Source of the DNA: Gekko japonicus
Lineage: Eukaryota
Assembly: GCF_001447785.1 (NCBI RefSeq)
Contig: NW_015161975.1
Coordinates: forward strand, 165,320 to 229,319
Length of the DNA stretch: 64,000 nt
Direction: 5' to 3'
Numbering within the stretch: position 1 is the first letter of the stretch; every line of letters starts with the position of its first letter. The notes under the pieces are model-generated. The model was not told the DNA's origin and did no database searches. It worked only from the letters and a program-made list of their open reading frames with translations. Positions 18,138 to 62,348 of the stretch are shown piece after piece. The translations under genes and the position numbers were made by a program.

Positions 18138-18709
18138 AAGCAGGCGGAAACAAAGCCTCCCCCGACCCCAAACGGGAGCACCAAGCAGCCTGATCCGCTG
18201 GCGAGGGGCTGCTGCACTTCGTCCCCATTCCATCCTGTTTGTAGTCAGTTGCTTGGCGTGGGTCGCTCTTCCCAGGTCTTGCTGGGCTTGCCTGCATGGC
18301 TCCCTTCTCTCCACGTTCCTCAGGCAACACCGGGAAGCGGGGCAAGGAGGATCTGGCCCCCAGCCCCCAAGACGGCAGTCCGTGCTTCTCCACAGCCAGC
18401 GTCTTCTTGCAAGGGGGGCTTGGGAGGAGCTCTGGGCACAGCCGTGTGGCTGATGGGGTGATTGCGTGTGCTCCAGGGCGTGGAAACGGGAAGATTGCTC
18501 CAGGGCGTGGCTGAAAGCGAGTGAGCCCAAAGGCGGGAAGGGGGGGGGTATCCCTGCAGGGATCTGACAGATGTTGCCCCCCCTCCCCCGCCTGGTGTGG
18601 CTTCCTTCTCGGTCTGTGCCCGGGCAACGTCGGCCTCTGCCACACGTGGACCACCTTGGCGCCATCCCCCACTATGAGTTTCCTGTTTTGTTTACATTTT
18701 CCTGTACAG

Positions 18710-18721
18710 ATTAAAATTAAA
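18710..18721 (+). terminator. Probable DCTN5 polyadenylation signal (tandem ATTAAA)
   Basis: ATTAAAATTAAA about 850 nt after the stop, preceded by T-rich sequence and a TGTA motif. Confidence 0.6.
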
Positions 18722-21700
18722 AAGTGAGTCATGTCACATGCTGGTGGTGCTTTTTGGCCAGAGCTGCTCGGGGGGGGGGGGTTGGCAGGGGACCAGGGTG
18801 GGGGGAAGCCCTGCAGGAGCCTGGGGGCTGTGGTGCTCTGGGGAGAAAGGTGAGGCTGGAATGTGGGCAATGCGCCCTCTAAGCTGTGGAGAGTCTCGTG
18901 AGCAAAAATTCCCACTTTGCGAGCTGCAGGCGTGAAAGTTGGGAGCGAGCGATTGGGCTGCTGCATCAATTAGTTTGCTCTGGAGCCCTCCTTCCTGAGC
19001 AGAGACAAAAACGTGTGAGCCGGAGGCTAAAAGCACTGTGAGCTCGCTCACACTGACTCAGCTTAGAGGGAACACTGGACATGGGGTGTTCCCGCCGCCG
19101 CCTCCTGGGCAAGATGTGAAGGCGAGTGTTTTCGCAGAACTGCCTGGGCACAGGGACCATGGGGCAAAGGGTCCCTCCGCCCTTCGGTGCAGAGCTGTAG
19201 CATCAGCAGCTGCCCCCTCCCTCCCTCCCTCTCTGGCCCCATGGCCTCCTCCAGTGTTCTTTTTTTTTTTAAGCCCCCGGAGGGAATTTTTTATTGCATT
19301 TTCTATAAACTACAATGAAAAAAAGGGAAGGGAAAACTACATCTATGGGAGAAAGGAAAGAAAACCAAACTAAAAACCCAGTAATAGGAGATCATTACAA
19401 CCGCTTGTATCGGTGTTAATCTAAAATGCTGTGACTACATTGAACATAGTCGATCATGCTATATTATTTATCTTTAAAACCACTGTTTTCACTATTTAAA
19501 GAAAATCACAAGAGCATCATCGATAACTTTAAGGCCTTAAGGCACAATTCAGAGTTCTTCAGCCTTCATTTTGTTTTATCTTTTCTAATCCTTAATTGAT
19601 ATTTATTTATTTATTGCCTGATTTCTACCCCGGCCCTCCCCGCAAGCAGTCTCAGGGCGGCTTCCAATAACATAAATACATGATAAGAACATACATAATA
19701 CAGATTAAAACATAACTGTTAAAATAACACACTACAGCCGCCCTGAGCCTCCGGGGTAGGGCGGGGTAGAAATTCAAATATAAATAAATAAATAAATAAA
19801 ACAACGTTCAGTCAAGAGGAATGCTTTCAGATGGGTTTCCAGCTTCCAGCATAAAAGTGCCCAGATGTTACTCTGCTCGCCAACTCTTATGGCAGCTGCT
19901 CAGTGATGACTTTGCGGGCCGTGCGCTGTGGCTGCGGCGGCCCCTAACTATATGCCTGGCGGAAGAGCTCCATCTTGCAGGCCCTGCGGAACTGTGAGAG
20001 GTCCCGCAGGGCCCTGATCTCCTCCGGGAGCTCGTTCCACCAGGTAGGGGCCGCCACCGAGAAGGCCCCGGCCCTGGTAGCAGCTAGCCTGGCCTCCCTC
20101 GCTTAGGGGCCCTCCTCCAGTGTTCTGTGCCTCCGTTCCCTTGTCGGCTGCAAACATCTTTCCTTCAGACTGATTTTGAGACCAATAAGGACACCAAAGA
20201 GTCACGGGGAACCCTCGGGGGACAGCAGAGGGGCCCCCGAGCAGGGAGTTGCACCCCAGAGCAGATGGCGCGTGGGGATTGAGGGGGGGGGTCAGTGCAG
20301 TGCCCTTTGCGGATGCCCAGCTTTAGGCGAGGAGGCGAACGAAAAGGACTGCCGTCTGGGGCAGTGTTCCCTCCAAGCTGAGTTAGTGTGAGCTAGCTCA
20401 CAGTTTTTTTAGCCTCCGGCTCACAGATTTTTGTCTTCACTCAGGAAGGGATGGCGCTCCAGAGCAAACTAGTTTACGCAGCAGCCGCCGAATCGCCCGC
20501 TCCCAGCTTTAATGCCGGTAGCTCACAGAGTAGAATTTTTGCTCGCGGGACTCCACAGCTTTGAGAGATCCTTGGTCTGGGGTGTCTCCTTTCTGGCTTT
20601 CTTGGGGCTCGGGGCATTCCTTCCTTTGTCCGTGGTCTTAACCAAGTGCTCCTCGGGCACAACAAACCGGAACCGGCTGAACTTGAGGGGGGCAGGCTGC
20701 TGTTGGTGGGAAGGAAAGGAACCCGCGGCTGTGGGGCAGGCATACTAGATGGATGCTGAGCTGGGCAGGCTCCTCGCAGAAAGGTGGCGGCAGGGCTGGG
20801 AGGCAGGCGCGGCCCCCAGGGGTGGCTCACCCGCTGGGGTGTGCCGGGGAAATGGGAAGAAAGCAGTGGAGACCGTCACAGTCACAGGGCCTCTTTAGCC
20901 TCCTGCAAAAGAACCTCTCTTGAGGAGTGCTCTTGAGAGAACAGCTGAGAGAACTTGTGACTGACCCATGGTCACACCAGCCGCCGAAAATGACACGTGT
21001 GCTCTCTCTCTGTTGAGAAGAAGAACAGATTGGATGTATACCCCTGGCCCTTCACTCGGAGTCTCTGAGTGGCTTACAAACTCCTTTCCCCCGTGAGGTG
21101 GGTGGTGTTGAGAGAGCTCTTTTGAAGAAGAAGAGGAGATTGGATTTATACCCCATGGCCCTTCGCTACCCAAAGGAGTCTCAGAGCGGCTGACAAACTC
21201 CTTTCCCTTCCCCTCCCCATAACAGACAGGCACCCTGTGAGGCAGGTGGGGGCTGAGAGAGCTCTGACACAAACTGCTCTTTTAGGAACAGCTGTGCCAG
21301 AGCTTGTGACTGGCCCAAGGTCACATCAGCAGCTGCGAGTGGAGGAGTGGGGCATCAAACCCGGTTCTCCCAGATTAGAGTCCGCGCACTTAACCACTAC
21401 ACCAAACTGGCTCCTCTTGAGAGAACTGGTGATGGACTTGAGTTCTGCTCTTGAGAGAACTGGTGACTGGCCCAAGGTCACCCAGCTGGGTGCAGGTGGA
21501 GGAGTGGGGCATCAAACCCGGTTCTCCCAGATTAGACTCCACACACTTAACCACGACACCAAACTGGCTCCTCTTGAGAGAACTGGTGATGGCTGCTCTT
21601 GAGAGAACTGGTGACGGTCTTGAGTTCTGCTCTTGAGAGAACTGGTGACTGGCCCAAGGTCACCCAGCTGGGTGCAGGTGGAAGAGTGGGGCATCAAACC

Positions 21701-22552
21701 CGGTTCTCCCAGATTAGACTCCGCACACTTAACCACTGCACCAAAGTGGCTGCTCCTGAGAGAACTGGTGACTGAATTGAGTTCTGCTCTTGAGAGAAGT
21801 GGTGACTGGCCCAAGGTCATCCAGCCGGGTGCAGGTGGAGGAGTGGGGCATCAAACCCGGTGGCTCCGAAGGCGCTTCCCCCTTCCCCGGCTGCGCCTCC
21901 GCCGANNNNNNNNNNNNNNNNNNNNNNNNNNNNNNNNNNNNNNNNNNNNNNNNNNNNNNNNNNNNNNNNNNNNNNNNNNNNNNNNNNNNNNNNNNNNNNN
22001 NNNNNNNNNNNNNNNNNNNNNNNNNNNNNNNNNNNNNNNNNNNNNNNNNNNNNNNNNNNNNNNNNNNNNNNNNNNNNNNNNNNNNNNNNNNNNNNNNNNN
22101 NNNNNNNNNNNNNNNNNNNNNNNNNNNNNNNNNNNNNNNNNNNNNNNNNNNNNNNNNNNNNNNNNNNNNNNNNNNNNNNNNNNNNNNNNNNNNNNNNNNN
22201 NNNNNNNNNNNNNNNNNNNNNNNNNNNNNNNNNNNNNNNNNNNNNNNNNNNNNNNNNNNNNNNNNNNNNNNNNNNNNNNNNNNNNNNNNNNNNNNNNNNN
22301 NNNNNNNNNNNNNNNNNNNNNNNNNNNNNNNNNNNNNNNNNNNNNNNNNNNNNNNNNNNNNNNNNNNNNNNNNNNNNNNNNNNNNNNNNNNNNNNNNNNN
22401 NNNNNNNNNNNNNNNNNNNNNNNNNNNNNNNNNNNNNNNNNNNNNNNNNNNNNNNNNNNNNNNNNNNNNNNNNNNNNNNNNNNNNNNNNNNNNNNNNNNN
22501 NNNNNNNNNNNNNNNNNNNNNNNNNNNNNNNNNNNNNNNNNNNNNNNNNNNN

Positions 22553-34959
<12,407 letters not shown>

Positions 34960-35267
34960 AGCCCCGGCCGGGGCAGAGGACCGTCTCCCACTCCCGACAG
35001 CGCTCCACGGGCAGTGACGTCGCCCCGGAGCCACAGTGCCTGCCTCTCCGTCTCCAGGCCAGCTTCCAGCCGGAGCGGTCTGTTCTTCCAGCTTCCTGGC
35101 AAAGCACACGCAACAGGGCCACCTCCCCCCCCCCACCCCCCAATTTTGGTGGAGAAGTCGCCCTCCCGTTGCCTGGCATCCAGCGCTGCAGCCCTTCCGC
35201 ACGAGGGGGGTGTTTGTTCTGTGAACTTCAGGTGGCCCACGGCCTACCCTTTTAAATACTAAAAATG

Positions 35268-35278
35268 AATAAAATAAA
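35268..35278 (+). terminator. PLK1 polyadenylation signal (overlapping AATAAA pair)
   Basis: AATAAAATAAA about 310 nt after the stop codon. Confidence 0.75.
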
Positions 35279-36743
35279 GGTCCTTTTCTACACTGAGAAA
35301 GCCTTCCTTGGGAGAAGAACGCATCTGCAGCAGCCGGCGTGAAGGCGTCTGGGTCGGAACACCGGCTTGAGAACCGAAGACATCTTTACCGGGGGTGGGG
35401 GGGATGTAAGGGGCACTCCCCAGCCAGGCTCCGGGGCCTCGAGATGTGTCGTCCCGGAGGAAGCCATTGGATTTATACCCTGCCCTTCAGTTTGGTGTAG
35501 CGGGTTAAGTGCGCGGAGTCTAATCTGGGAGAGCCGGGTTTCATTCCCCACTCCTCCTCCACACGCAGCCAGCTGGGTGACCCTGGGTCAGTCACAGTTC
35601 TCTCAAGAGCCGTTTCTGTCAAGAGCTCTCTCAGCCCCACCTACCTCCCAGGGTGTCTGTGTGTTGTGGGGAGGGGAAGGGGAAGGAGTTTGTAAGCCGC
35701 TCTGAGACTCCTTTGGGTAGTGAAGGGTGGGATATAAATCCAATCTCCTCTTCTTCTTCACTACCTGAAGGAGCCTCAGAGCAGTTTACAATCTCCTCTC
35801 CCTTCCCCACAACAGACACCCCGTGAGGTAGGTGGGGCTGAGGGAGCCCTCCCGAGAACTGCCCTTGAGAGAACAGCTCTGAGGGGACTTGTGACTGACC
35901 CAAGGTCGCACCAGCTGCATGCGGAAGCGTGGGGGATCAAACCCGTTTCTCCCAGATTAGAACACACTGCTCTTAAGCACAACACCAAACTGGCTCTTTA
36001 GGAAACGAGAGTGAGGGCCAGGGGCCAATCACAGGTGTGCTCTCTGCCTTGGACAGAGCCAGAGTCCCGGAGCACCCAAAAGACGAACAGAATTTGTGGC
36101 AGTGACTTGTGAAGGCTCTTCCAGAGCCACAAATTTTGTTCGCCTTGAAGGTGCTCCTGGACTCTGGCTCTTTTCTGCCGCTGCAGACAGACTAAGACGG
36201 CCGCCCATCTTGAGCGAGCTGCCTTGACAGGTAGGCTACGGCGGAGCGGGCACCAAGAAGGAAACGCACCTCCTCCTTCAGGCAGGTGTGTTCCCCAAGA
36301 ATGGCGGGCTGGCCGGCCGGCCCCAGTCCCACAAGAACGCTTCTGCTACCCCACCCTCCTTCCAAAGACCTTGGGGGGGTGGGGGGGGGACACACGATCC
36401 CCTCTGTGAAGCAGCACCACGGGCTGAGGGAGGATCGGAACCCGGAGCTCCCCTGGCCTGCCCCCAAAGAAGCCTTGGTGGGAGGTGCTTCACGGTGACA
36501 TGGCAAGGGAGGAGGCCTGATGGTTGGCCATCACGTGGTCTCGATCCAAGGGTCCTCCCACTCCCCCTTCTTTCTCTCCGGGGACCCTGAGGGGGGAGAG
36601 CTGGGTTGTTTGTGAGCCAGAGACGGCAGGCGTCGAGGGCCGGAAGCCTTCCCCAGCTGCCCCACTGCCAAGGCTGGGGTGGGAAAAAGTGGTCTCCCTC
36701 GACGACAGCTAACGGTGAAAGCCTGGTTTGGGGTTTGTTTTTT

Positions 36744-36749
36744 TTTAAT
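36744..36749 (-). terminator. Probable ERN2 polyadenylation signal (ATTAAA)
   Basis: TTTAAT on plus, about 330 nt past the ERN2 stop, in an AT-rich patch. Confidence 0.5.
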
Positions 36750-37080
36750 ATACAAAACAGTTTTTTAAAAGAGTGTCTGTGCTAGGAGCCCCCAGCTCTG
36801 TTCGGCGGTGGGGGCCCCAGGCCTGCCGTCACTGGGCAGATCCGAGAGGCTGGGCCTTCCTCCCTCGGAGGACAGGCCGGAAGTGCTGCGAAAGGCTCTT
36901 GCTGGTGAAGGCGGGTCCTCCACACGTCCCGGTGCCCTCGGCCGGCGCGGCGGATGTCTGGGACTCTGGCAGGGAGCGGCAGCGGGGTGGAGTCGGCAGC
37001 CAGCTCTGCTCTCCTCCTCCAGCTGGGCCACACAGCGCCCCTCCTCGGGGAAGGAGGCCTGGCCCTGCCCTCAGCGGCTC

Positions 37081-55654
<18,574 letters not shown>

Positions 55655-55930
55655 GCCCCGCGCCCCTAGCCCCGCAGCATGGCCCGCGCCGCAGGTGCCT
55701 CTCCTCGCCGCCGCCGCCGCCGCCTCCTCTGGCCCCGGGACGCTCGCCTAGGGGCGGGCCGCTGCCGCCCCGCCCCGGTCTCCAAGCGAGGGCGGGCCGG
55801 AGGCCGGAAAGCGCCTCTCCGGGCCTCACAGCGGGCGGCTTCCAAGGCGCTCTGCACGCGCTCAGAGGCCCCGCGCGCCCCAGGTCCGCGCAGCGGCAGA
55901 GTGGGGGGGGGCAAACCCGGGGGGGGCAAT
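55655..55930 (-). promoter_or_regulatory. ERN2 5' UTR/promoter CpG island
   Basis: CpG-rich with a (GCC)n run and GC boxes (GGGGCGGG) directly upstream of the inferred ATG. Confidence 0.6.
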
Positions 55931-57074
55931 AACCCCAGCCCTACAGGAGCCTTTCCCACCTGTAACTTCCAGACACCCCCGGAAATTCTTGCTCCCCCTC
56001 CAAGAGCTGGAACAGCAGCCCAGCAGGGACCCTGCGGTGGCCACCCTCGCTTCCCCCCCCCCCCTCCCCTCTGGAGGCAGCCCAGCTCCCACACCTTCCT
56101 TGCAATCTGGCCCCCATCGGATCTCGCCCCTGGCATTCCTCTGTGCAGTCACAGAAACCAGCTGGGCCAGTTCTGGGGCCAGGCCCCATGCTTGGCTCGC
56201 TCTCTGCCCCTGCCCACTCCAGCCTCAGAGCCGAGAGGGCAGCACTGGAACCCCCGGGGGTGGGGGGCACTTTGCCTTCGCTCACGGACCCGTGGCACTG
56301 CCCACAGCGGAGCCAACCAGCGGTGTGGCACAGGAAACACCTTACCCCCTCCCCAGGCAGAGGGGCAGAAGTGCGTGTATGGGCAACCACTGAAAAGCAG
56401 ACCCTCACTCCTCAGTCGGGCGGGGCGCTCCAGGGTCTCCGCTCTTTTCTGTCCCCTACTGTCTGGTCCTTTTCCACACCGCCCCCCCCCCCCCCCCCCC
56501 CCTGGGGGTGGGGCGGGGGGGGGGGGGAAGGCCTGGCAAACTTATTTCTGATCCATCTCGCAAATACTTACAGAGGCCTGCCAGGCGCCCAGTCCTCTAG
56601 CCTCCCCTGCTGCAAAACCACCCTGTCCCATCTGCCCGTAAGAAGAGAGGGCACTGCTGCGTTCGCTGTGACTCTTTTGTGAGCTATCTAGCATGGTTGA
56701 AACCTTATAAGCAATGTCTAGAAGAGAAGATTGGATTGATACCCCCCCCTTCACTACCCAGAAGAGTCTCAGAGCAGCTGACAAACTCCTTCCCCTCCCC
56801 CTCCCCACAACAGACAGACACCCTGGGAGGTGGGCGGGGCTGAGAGAGCTCTGACGGAAATGGCTCTTTTTTCAAGGACAGCTCTTGTCAGAACTACGGC
56901 TTGCCCAAGGTCATCCAGCAGGTGCAGATGGAGGAGTGGGGAATCAAACCCGGTTCTCCCAGATCAGAGTCCGCCTGCACTTCACCATGACACCAAACTG
57001 GCTCTCAAGACCCTAAGTGGACCCCCCCACACACACACACACTTAAGCACAAAGAGACCACCAGGCAAGAGGTA

Positions 57075-60000
57075 AAGCACTTCATTATCAAAGTTTAATT
57101 GATAAGACTGATTTGATCTTACAGAACAGAATAAGGAGGATTAATAACTGGACAAAGTGACACTTAAAAAAAAATCTCAGCAACTCAAGGGCCCGAGATT
57201 AAATCGTTTTCCCCTTGCACTTCCCTCCCCCCTGCCCCCTCCCCACCGATGGGCTTCCACAGGCGGCTTCGGGACTGGTTCTGCTGCTGAGGAAGTAGGG
57301 TTAATACAAATCCTGTGGCAGAGACCCCTCCCCCCAAATAACACACACACACACAAACCCACTCCTGCCACTCAAGAGCCTTGCTAGAGAGCCCTGAGGG
57401 GCACAGGTGTGTTGCTCAGCTGACCGACAAGCAAGGGGTCCAGGTCGAACAGGGATCGTTGGGAACGGGACTGGCTGGAAGGGGAAGGATATCCTGAAAC
57501 GGAAGGCTGATTAATCCCGGCAACGTGGGGAGTCTTACTGCAGCGACAGGCACTGAACGCCCGGGCCCAGCTTGGCTGTCTCTTCAGAAACCACAGAGAC
57601 TCCAGCTTGGCTGTCTCTTCAGAAACCAGAGAGTCCGGGGCCTCCAACGTGGACGGGGGTGGGTGGGTGGGTTGAAATAAGGGAGGGCTGCCTTGCAAGT
57701 TGATCTTGCAACACCCCGGCTGCTGTGCACAGGGCCGTGTGTGTGTGTGTGTGTTTGTGAGGGTTCTTTTTCTCTGCTCCAAGCCTGAGAACCAGGAAAC
57801 ACAAGTGAAATATGGCACCTTTGAGGAAGAGAGAGGTTGCAGGAAATCAGCCCTTGGTCCCTGGCCTGCAGAAGCCGGGAAGACAAAGGGCAGCTTGCTA
57901 ACGGGAACAAGATCTGGGCAAACGGCCTGGGGTTCCCAGGCACCCACTTCAGGGCAGTTTCCCTCATGCCAGCGTTCTCTCTCTGGGCACCGAGAGGCTT
58001 CCGCCTGGAAGGGGGCCTAGAATCAGCTCAGTGACGGGGCCCGACAGCAGAGGGTGCCCCTGGGAGTTGAGGGACAGCCCCTGCTCCTACCGGCAGCCTC
58101 CAAGGGTGCTGTTCCAACAGTCAGGCCAGGGTTCGAAACACGTGGCTGCACACAACTGGCAGAGGGATGCCGGCTGCTTGGTCGTACACCTCCCGCTTGC
58201 TCAGAATCCTAAAACAACCTCAGTCTAGGGACGAGCCACCCCCCCCATATGTATTTCCTGTTGGGGGGGGGAGGGGAAGCACACATGCTCTTTAAATGGG
58301 ACGCGCACGCAAGCTAGAGACCAGCTCACGGAAACCTGTTTCAGTGAGGAAGAAACGGAGGCAAAGCGGTGTTGCCTGAAGCAACCTGAAAGGGGCTGTT
58401 CTGCTGGGAACTTGGCACTCCGTCCGTGGGATGCAGAAGGCCGACTGATCTTGGCACCTGGGATGCTACAGAGGGCCCAGGGTCCTGCCCCAAGGACAGA
58501 AGACGGGGCAGGCCGAGGCCAGCGGGGGGTGGGGGGGGAAGAGAAGGAGATGCAGGCGTTTCCGAGGCTGGAAAGCACAGATGGCTCCCTGTTTCTACGG
58601 AAGCCCTTTCTCTGCTGTCGGGGTGGGGGAGACACACTCCTACCCCATCTGCTGTCTGTGGCCCCCTGAACCAGAAGGCAGCGCAGGATATCCCTCAAAG
58701 GAATGCCCACCTTCCCCCCCACAGGTCAGCCAGGGGATGCCGCTCTACGGACCCCGGAGTCCAAGAGTCGCTCAGCAAGAGGAGAATGGTGTTGCAGGGG
58801 GAGACCAGGCTTCCGTGACACCCCGCAGCTAGCTGGAAGAGCCAGTTCTTAAGAAGAGCATCGGGGCTCCAGTCCCTCTGAACCAGGCACCTCGAAAACG
58901 TCACCAGGAACAACTTTGCAGTCTGTCCTCGTCTGCTAAGAAAGAACCTTTTCTAAGCCCCGGCCTTCCGAGTCGGCTTCGAGACACACCGCGAGGGGTT
59001 TCTGGCCAGGATCCAAGGCGCACACCTTTCCCCCCTCCCCCCTCTTGTGCTACAAAAGTCCCTGGTCCAGCTGTCTGAACGCCTGCTAGGCGGCGGAAAA
59101 CGCACCCCGCACAAGCCCAGAGTCACTAATTCTTTCACCTTGCTCGTTCAAGGGGGCGCCAGCTCACCTTGGGCCCCACTACCTAACTTCCTAGTTGACA
59201 GGAATCCTTCTGTTTGGCAGGCTGGAATGTCCAGGGCCTCTCAGAGATTATGGGGTGGCGCTATGGGATTTCTTGAAACACGGCTGTGCCTTGGTGAAGG
59301 CTGGGGACTCAAGAAAGTGCTGCTGGTTCCGAAGGAGAAAAAGTGATGCTTGCCCCTAGGAATTACGCCCCTAGCCCTAGACGCCGCCCCCCCAAGCAGA
59401 AATGGGAGGCCAAAAGGCGACCCGAAGCGTCAGTGCCTGAGCCGTCCCCCTTGCCGAAGGGAAGCCCACATCCCGCACTGGCACACCATTACAGGCAAAG
59501 CTCCGCCTCGAATGCGAAGCCTTCCGGCCTCCGCAGCACCTGCTTGGAACTGTCCGCAGGGCACACGGCACAACAGAGAACTCGTCTCCTCCCCCACCCC
59601 CCCTTATTTTAAGAGCTGCGTTTTGGGGGCACGGCTCCCTTGTCTGCTTTTGCCCATGCTCAGCAGGCAGCGTATTGGTGCTGAGCTTTCAACAGCCGCG
59701 TCCTGAGAGAAGGGTGGGCAAAGCGTCCTCCGTTAGGAAGGGCTTCTGCGCCACTGCCAGAGGACTGCATGGAGCAAAGGCGCGGAGGTCCATTCCTCCG
59801 GCTCTGCTTCCCGGAGAGGAAAGGGTACCCCCCGGGGCAGGTTTGGTGACTGTCACAGAAATGAAGGGTACAGAAACTGGAGCAGATGGCCTCTAGCCCC
59901 CCCGAGTGCTTTTGGTTTTCTGTCCACGCAGAGGCACGGGTAAAAACGGAGAACAGATTCTGTGTGGGGGTGGTGGGGGTGCTGCTGCACATTCCTTCCC

Positions 60001-62348
60001 AATCCCAAAATGTGTGTCCAGGTAAACACTATTAGGGGAGGGTCTGCTCCTCCCCCCGCCCTGAGAAAGAGGAGGGGGAGTGTTGTTTCCTCTCCAGGAA
60101 GCAGAACAGAGGAGAAGCGCAGCTCGAGAGTCAAGATGCTCTTTCCTTTCAGACAGAAGAGAGAAAGGATTTCCTTGTTCCTTCAGCTGAGTTACAACAA
60201 TGCCCAAACCGGGCACTCTCCCTTCCGGAAGGGGAGCCCCCAGCACAGCCCCTGCTCGAAGGCCCCTCTCAGCTCTCACATCGAGTGGCATCCCAAATCC
60301 AGAGCTGAACAGCCCGACCTGTTAGGCACAGGTGAGATTCAGGCCTTGGAAAGAACAGGCTGTTGGCAACAGCAGCTGCTGGGGAAACCAGAGAACCTGA
60401 GATAAAACAGCGCTTGAAGGGGACTTAGTGCCGCGAAGCGAATCATGACAACGGACGGGCGGAACACACAAAACTCTCCCCCAAAAGAGTCACATGCACG
60501 GCGCCAGCAATCCCGTCAACGTTAACGCAAGTTATGGGTCAAATGCCTGATCCACTTCTCCTACTCAAGCCAAAACCACTGCAGAAACAATGGCACAAAA
60601 CCAGCCCGCACAGAACTCAAGGCCACTGCAAGGACTCATGGCTGTTCGATCTCTGCGCACTTGACCCACAAGACAGCCAGACGGAAAGATGGTCAGGCAC
60701 AGCCCCACGAGGAACAGGAAGGAAGAGGGCCAAGAGTCTAGTCCCTCTGTGCTGCTTTCCCAGGGTATCTCCCCGGGATTAGCCAGCACCCTCAACCTGC
60801 ATCCCCCCTATCATCATGGCCAACAAAGACTCACGGCTCAGCATGGTCGCAATTCTCAGCCACGCTCGCAAGCTCAGTGAGCGTGCACACGCCAGGCTTC
60901 CAATACCAGACGTTCTTCCTCTCTCAAAACGCATCTCTGCTCTGAAGGAAACTTTTGCCCATGTTGCTTCCGCACAGGCGGAGGACCAAGGTGGTGCATC
61001 GGATACTTGTCTGCTCAGCCGAGCGGGGTGAGCACGGTAGAGCCCCCTCGAGAGGAAAAACTCTCCTTCCTGCACCCGCTCAAAACAAAGTGAGGCCCTC
61101 CCCCTGGGTGGAAGCCTCCCTCAGGAGAGAATGAGCACCCTCAGAGGTGCGGCAGAAGCCCACCGCGCCCAACATTCAGTTCCGACGCGAACGGCAACTC
61201 CACACTCTCGAGAAGGCTGCTGAATATTTGACAGTGCCACTAGCCCACATAAAGCGACATGGACAATACGCCGTTCAAAGCCAAGTCCCCTTCTTCAAAC
61301 CTCCCCTGCCTTGCCATCTACCAGTTCAGAACAAGAAGTGAAAGGGAGACGAGAGGCTGGAACTGCCCGGGTGTGCCCACCGCAGAGGCGCTATGGATGC
61401 CCGGGACGGTGCCAGGTGATGGCCGCATGCGGAGAACGCTGGGCACTGAAAGCAGAGGTCCCCGACCCGAGATTCGGCTCAGCTGCAAAGAGGGGCCCAG
61501 ACTGTAACAGAGATAGGGAAAAAGTGCTCCATAAGGCACGGCCCCCCACTACAGATGTGCCGGGGGGGGCGTAAGAAGAGGGAAAAGAGGGCAGAGCGCA
61601 GTCAGCGAGAGCCCACTTGGGCAGAAAGCTACCGCGTCATTATTCTCCTCGAAAATCCAGACGCTCAAAACTTCCCTGCGGAGGAGCTTCTGTTGAGTCC
61701 TGAAAGAAGGAGCCAAGCATCTTTGGGTTAACAGAGAGGAGGTCGCAGCCAGGAGAAGCCGCCCGGGGACTCAGGGGCCAGGGAGAGATATGGCTTATGA
61801 AAGACCCACGTTGGCATCCTTGCTGGAAAAGATTCCTTGCAGTGTTGGAAAAAGGAGAGAGCGAGCGAGCAACAAACCTATTCCTCAGGCTCCCAGTTAC
61901 ACAGCTCAAAAGAAACCCAAATGTTCGTAAAATGGGGAGAGCGTGAAAAGATCCGCCTCTCCTCCAAGACTGGTAGGAAATTCCTTAGCGGGGTCTCTTG
62001 TCAAAAACGACACACCAGAAGGGCTGTGCTCAGCAAACTGTATTACACACACGGGTTTGTGAATTAAGATTTATTGATTTCCATCATACTTGCTTTTTCA
62101 TTTTATTTTTAAAGTGGGGTGGAAGCCGCCTGCAGAAAAAGAGGGCTGCTGCTGCTGCTGCTGCAATTTTTAAGTTAAAAATAAGCTAATGGCGAGAGAT
62201 TTTCCCCACCTCTGGCGTCCTCCCGGGCCTCTCCGAGATCGTGCTGATTTTAAGAAGTTCCAGGACAACAACCCACATCCACCAGGCCTCTCCCAGCAAG
62301 TGTCCTTTCGGTTCGAGTCAGTCTCCAGTGCCAGAGGTGAGCGTGCCT
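57075..62348 (-). other. UBFD1: Probable long 3' UTR of UBFD1 (~5.3 kb)
   Basis: Runs from the UBFD1 stop to the ATTAAA; no credible ORF and none of the SINE/MITE copies that fill the introns. Confidence 0.6.
57094..57099 (-). terminator. Probable distal UBFD1 polyadenylation signal (ATTAAA)
   Basis: TTTAAT on plus at the end of a long repeat-poor stretch; U-rich sequence upstream on the minus strand. Confidence 0.6.

Noticed and set aside
55679-56551. 290-aa plus-strand ORF at the ERN2 promoter
   Set aside because: Low-complexity Pro/Arg/Gly frame expected in a CpG island; no recognisable domain.
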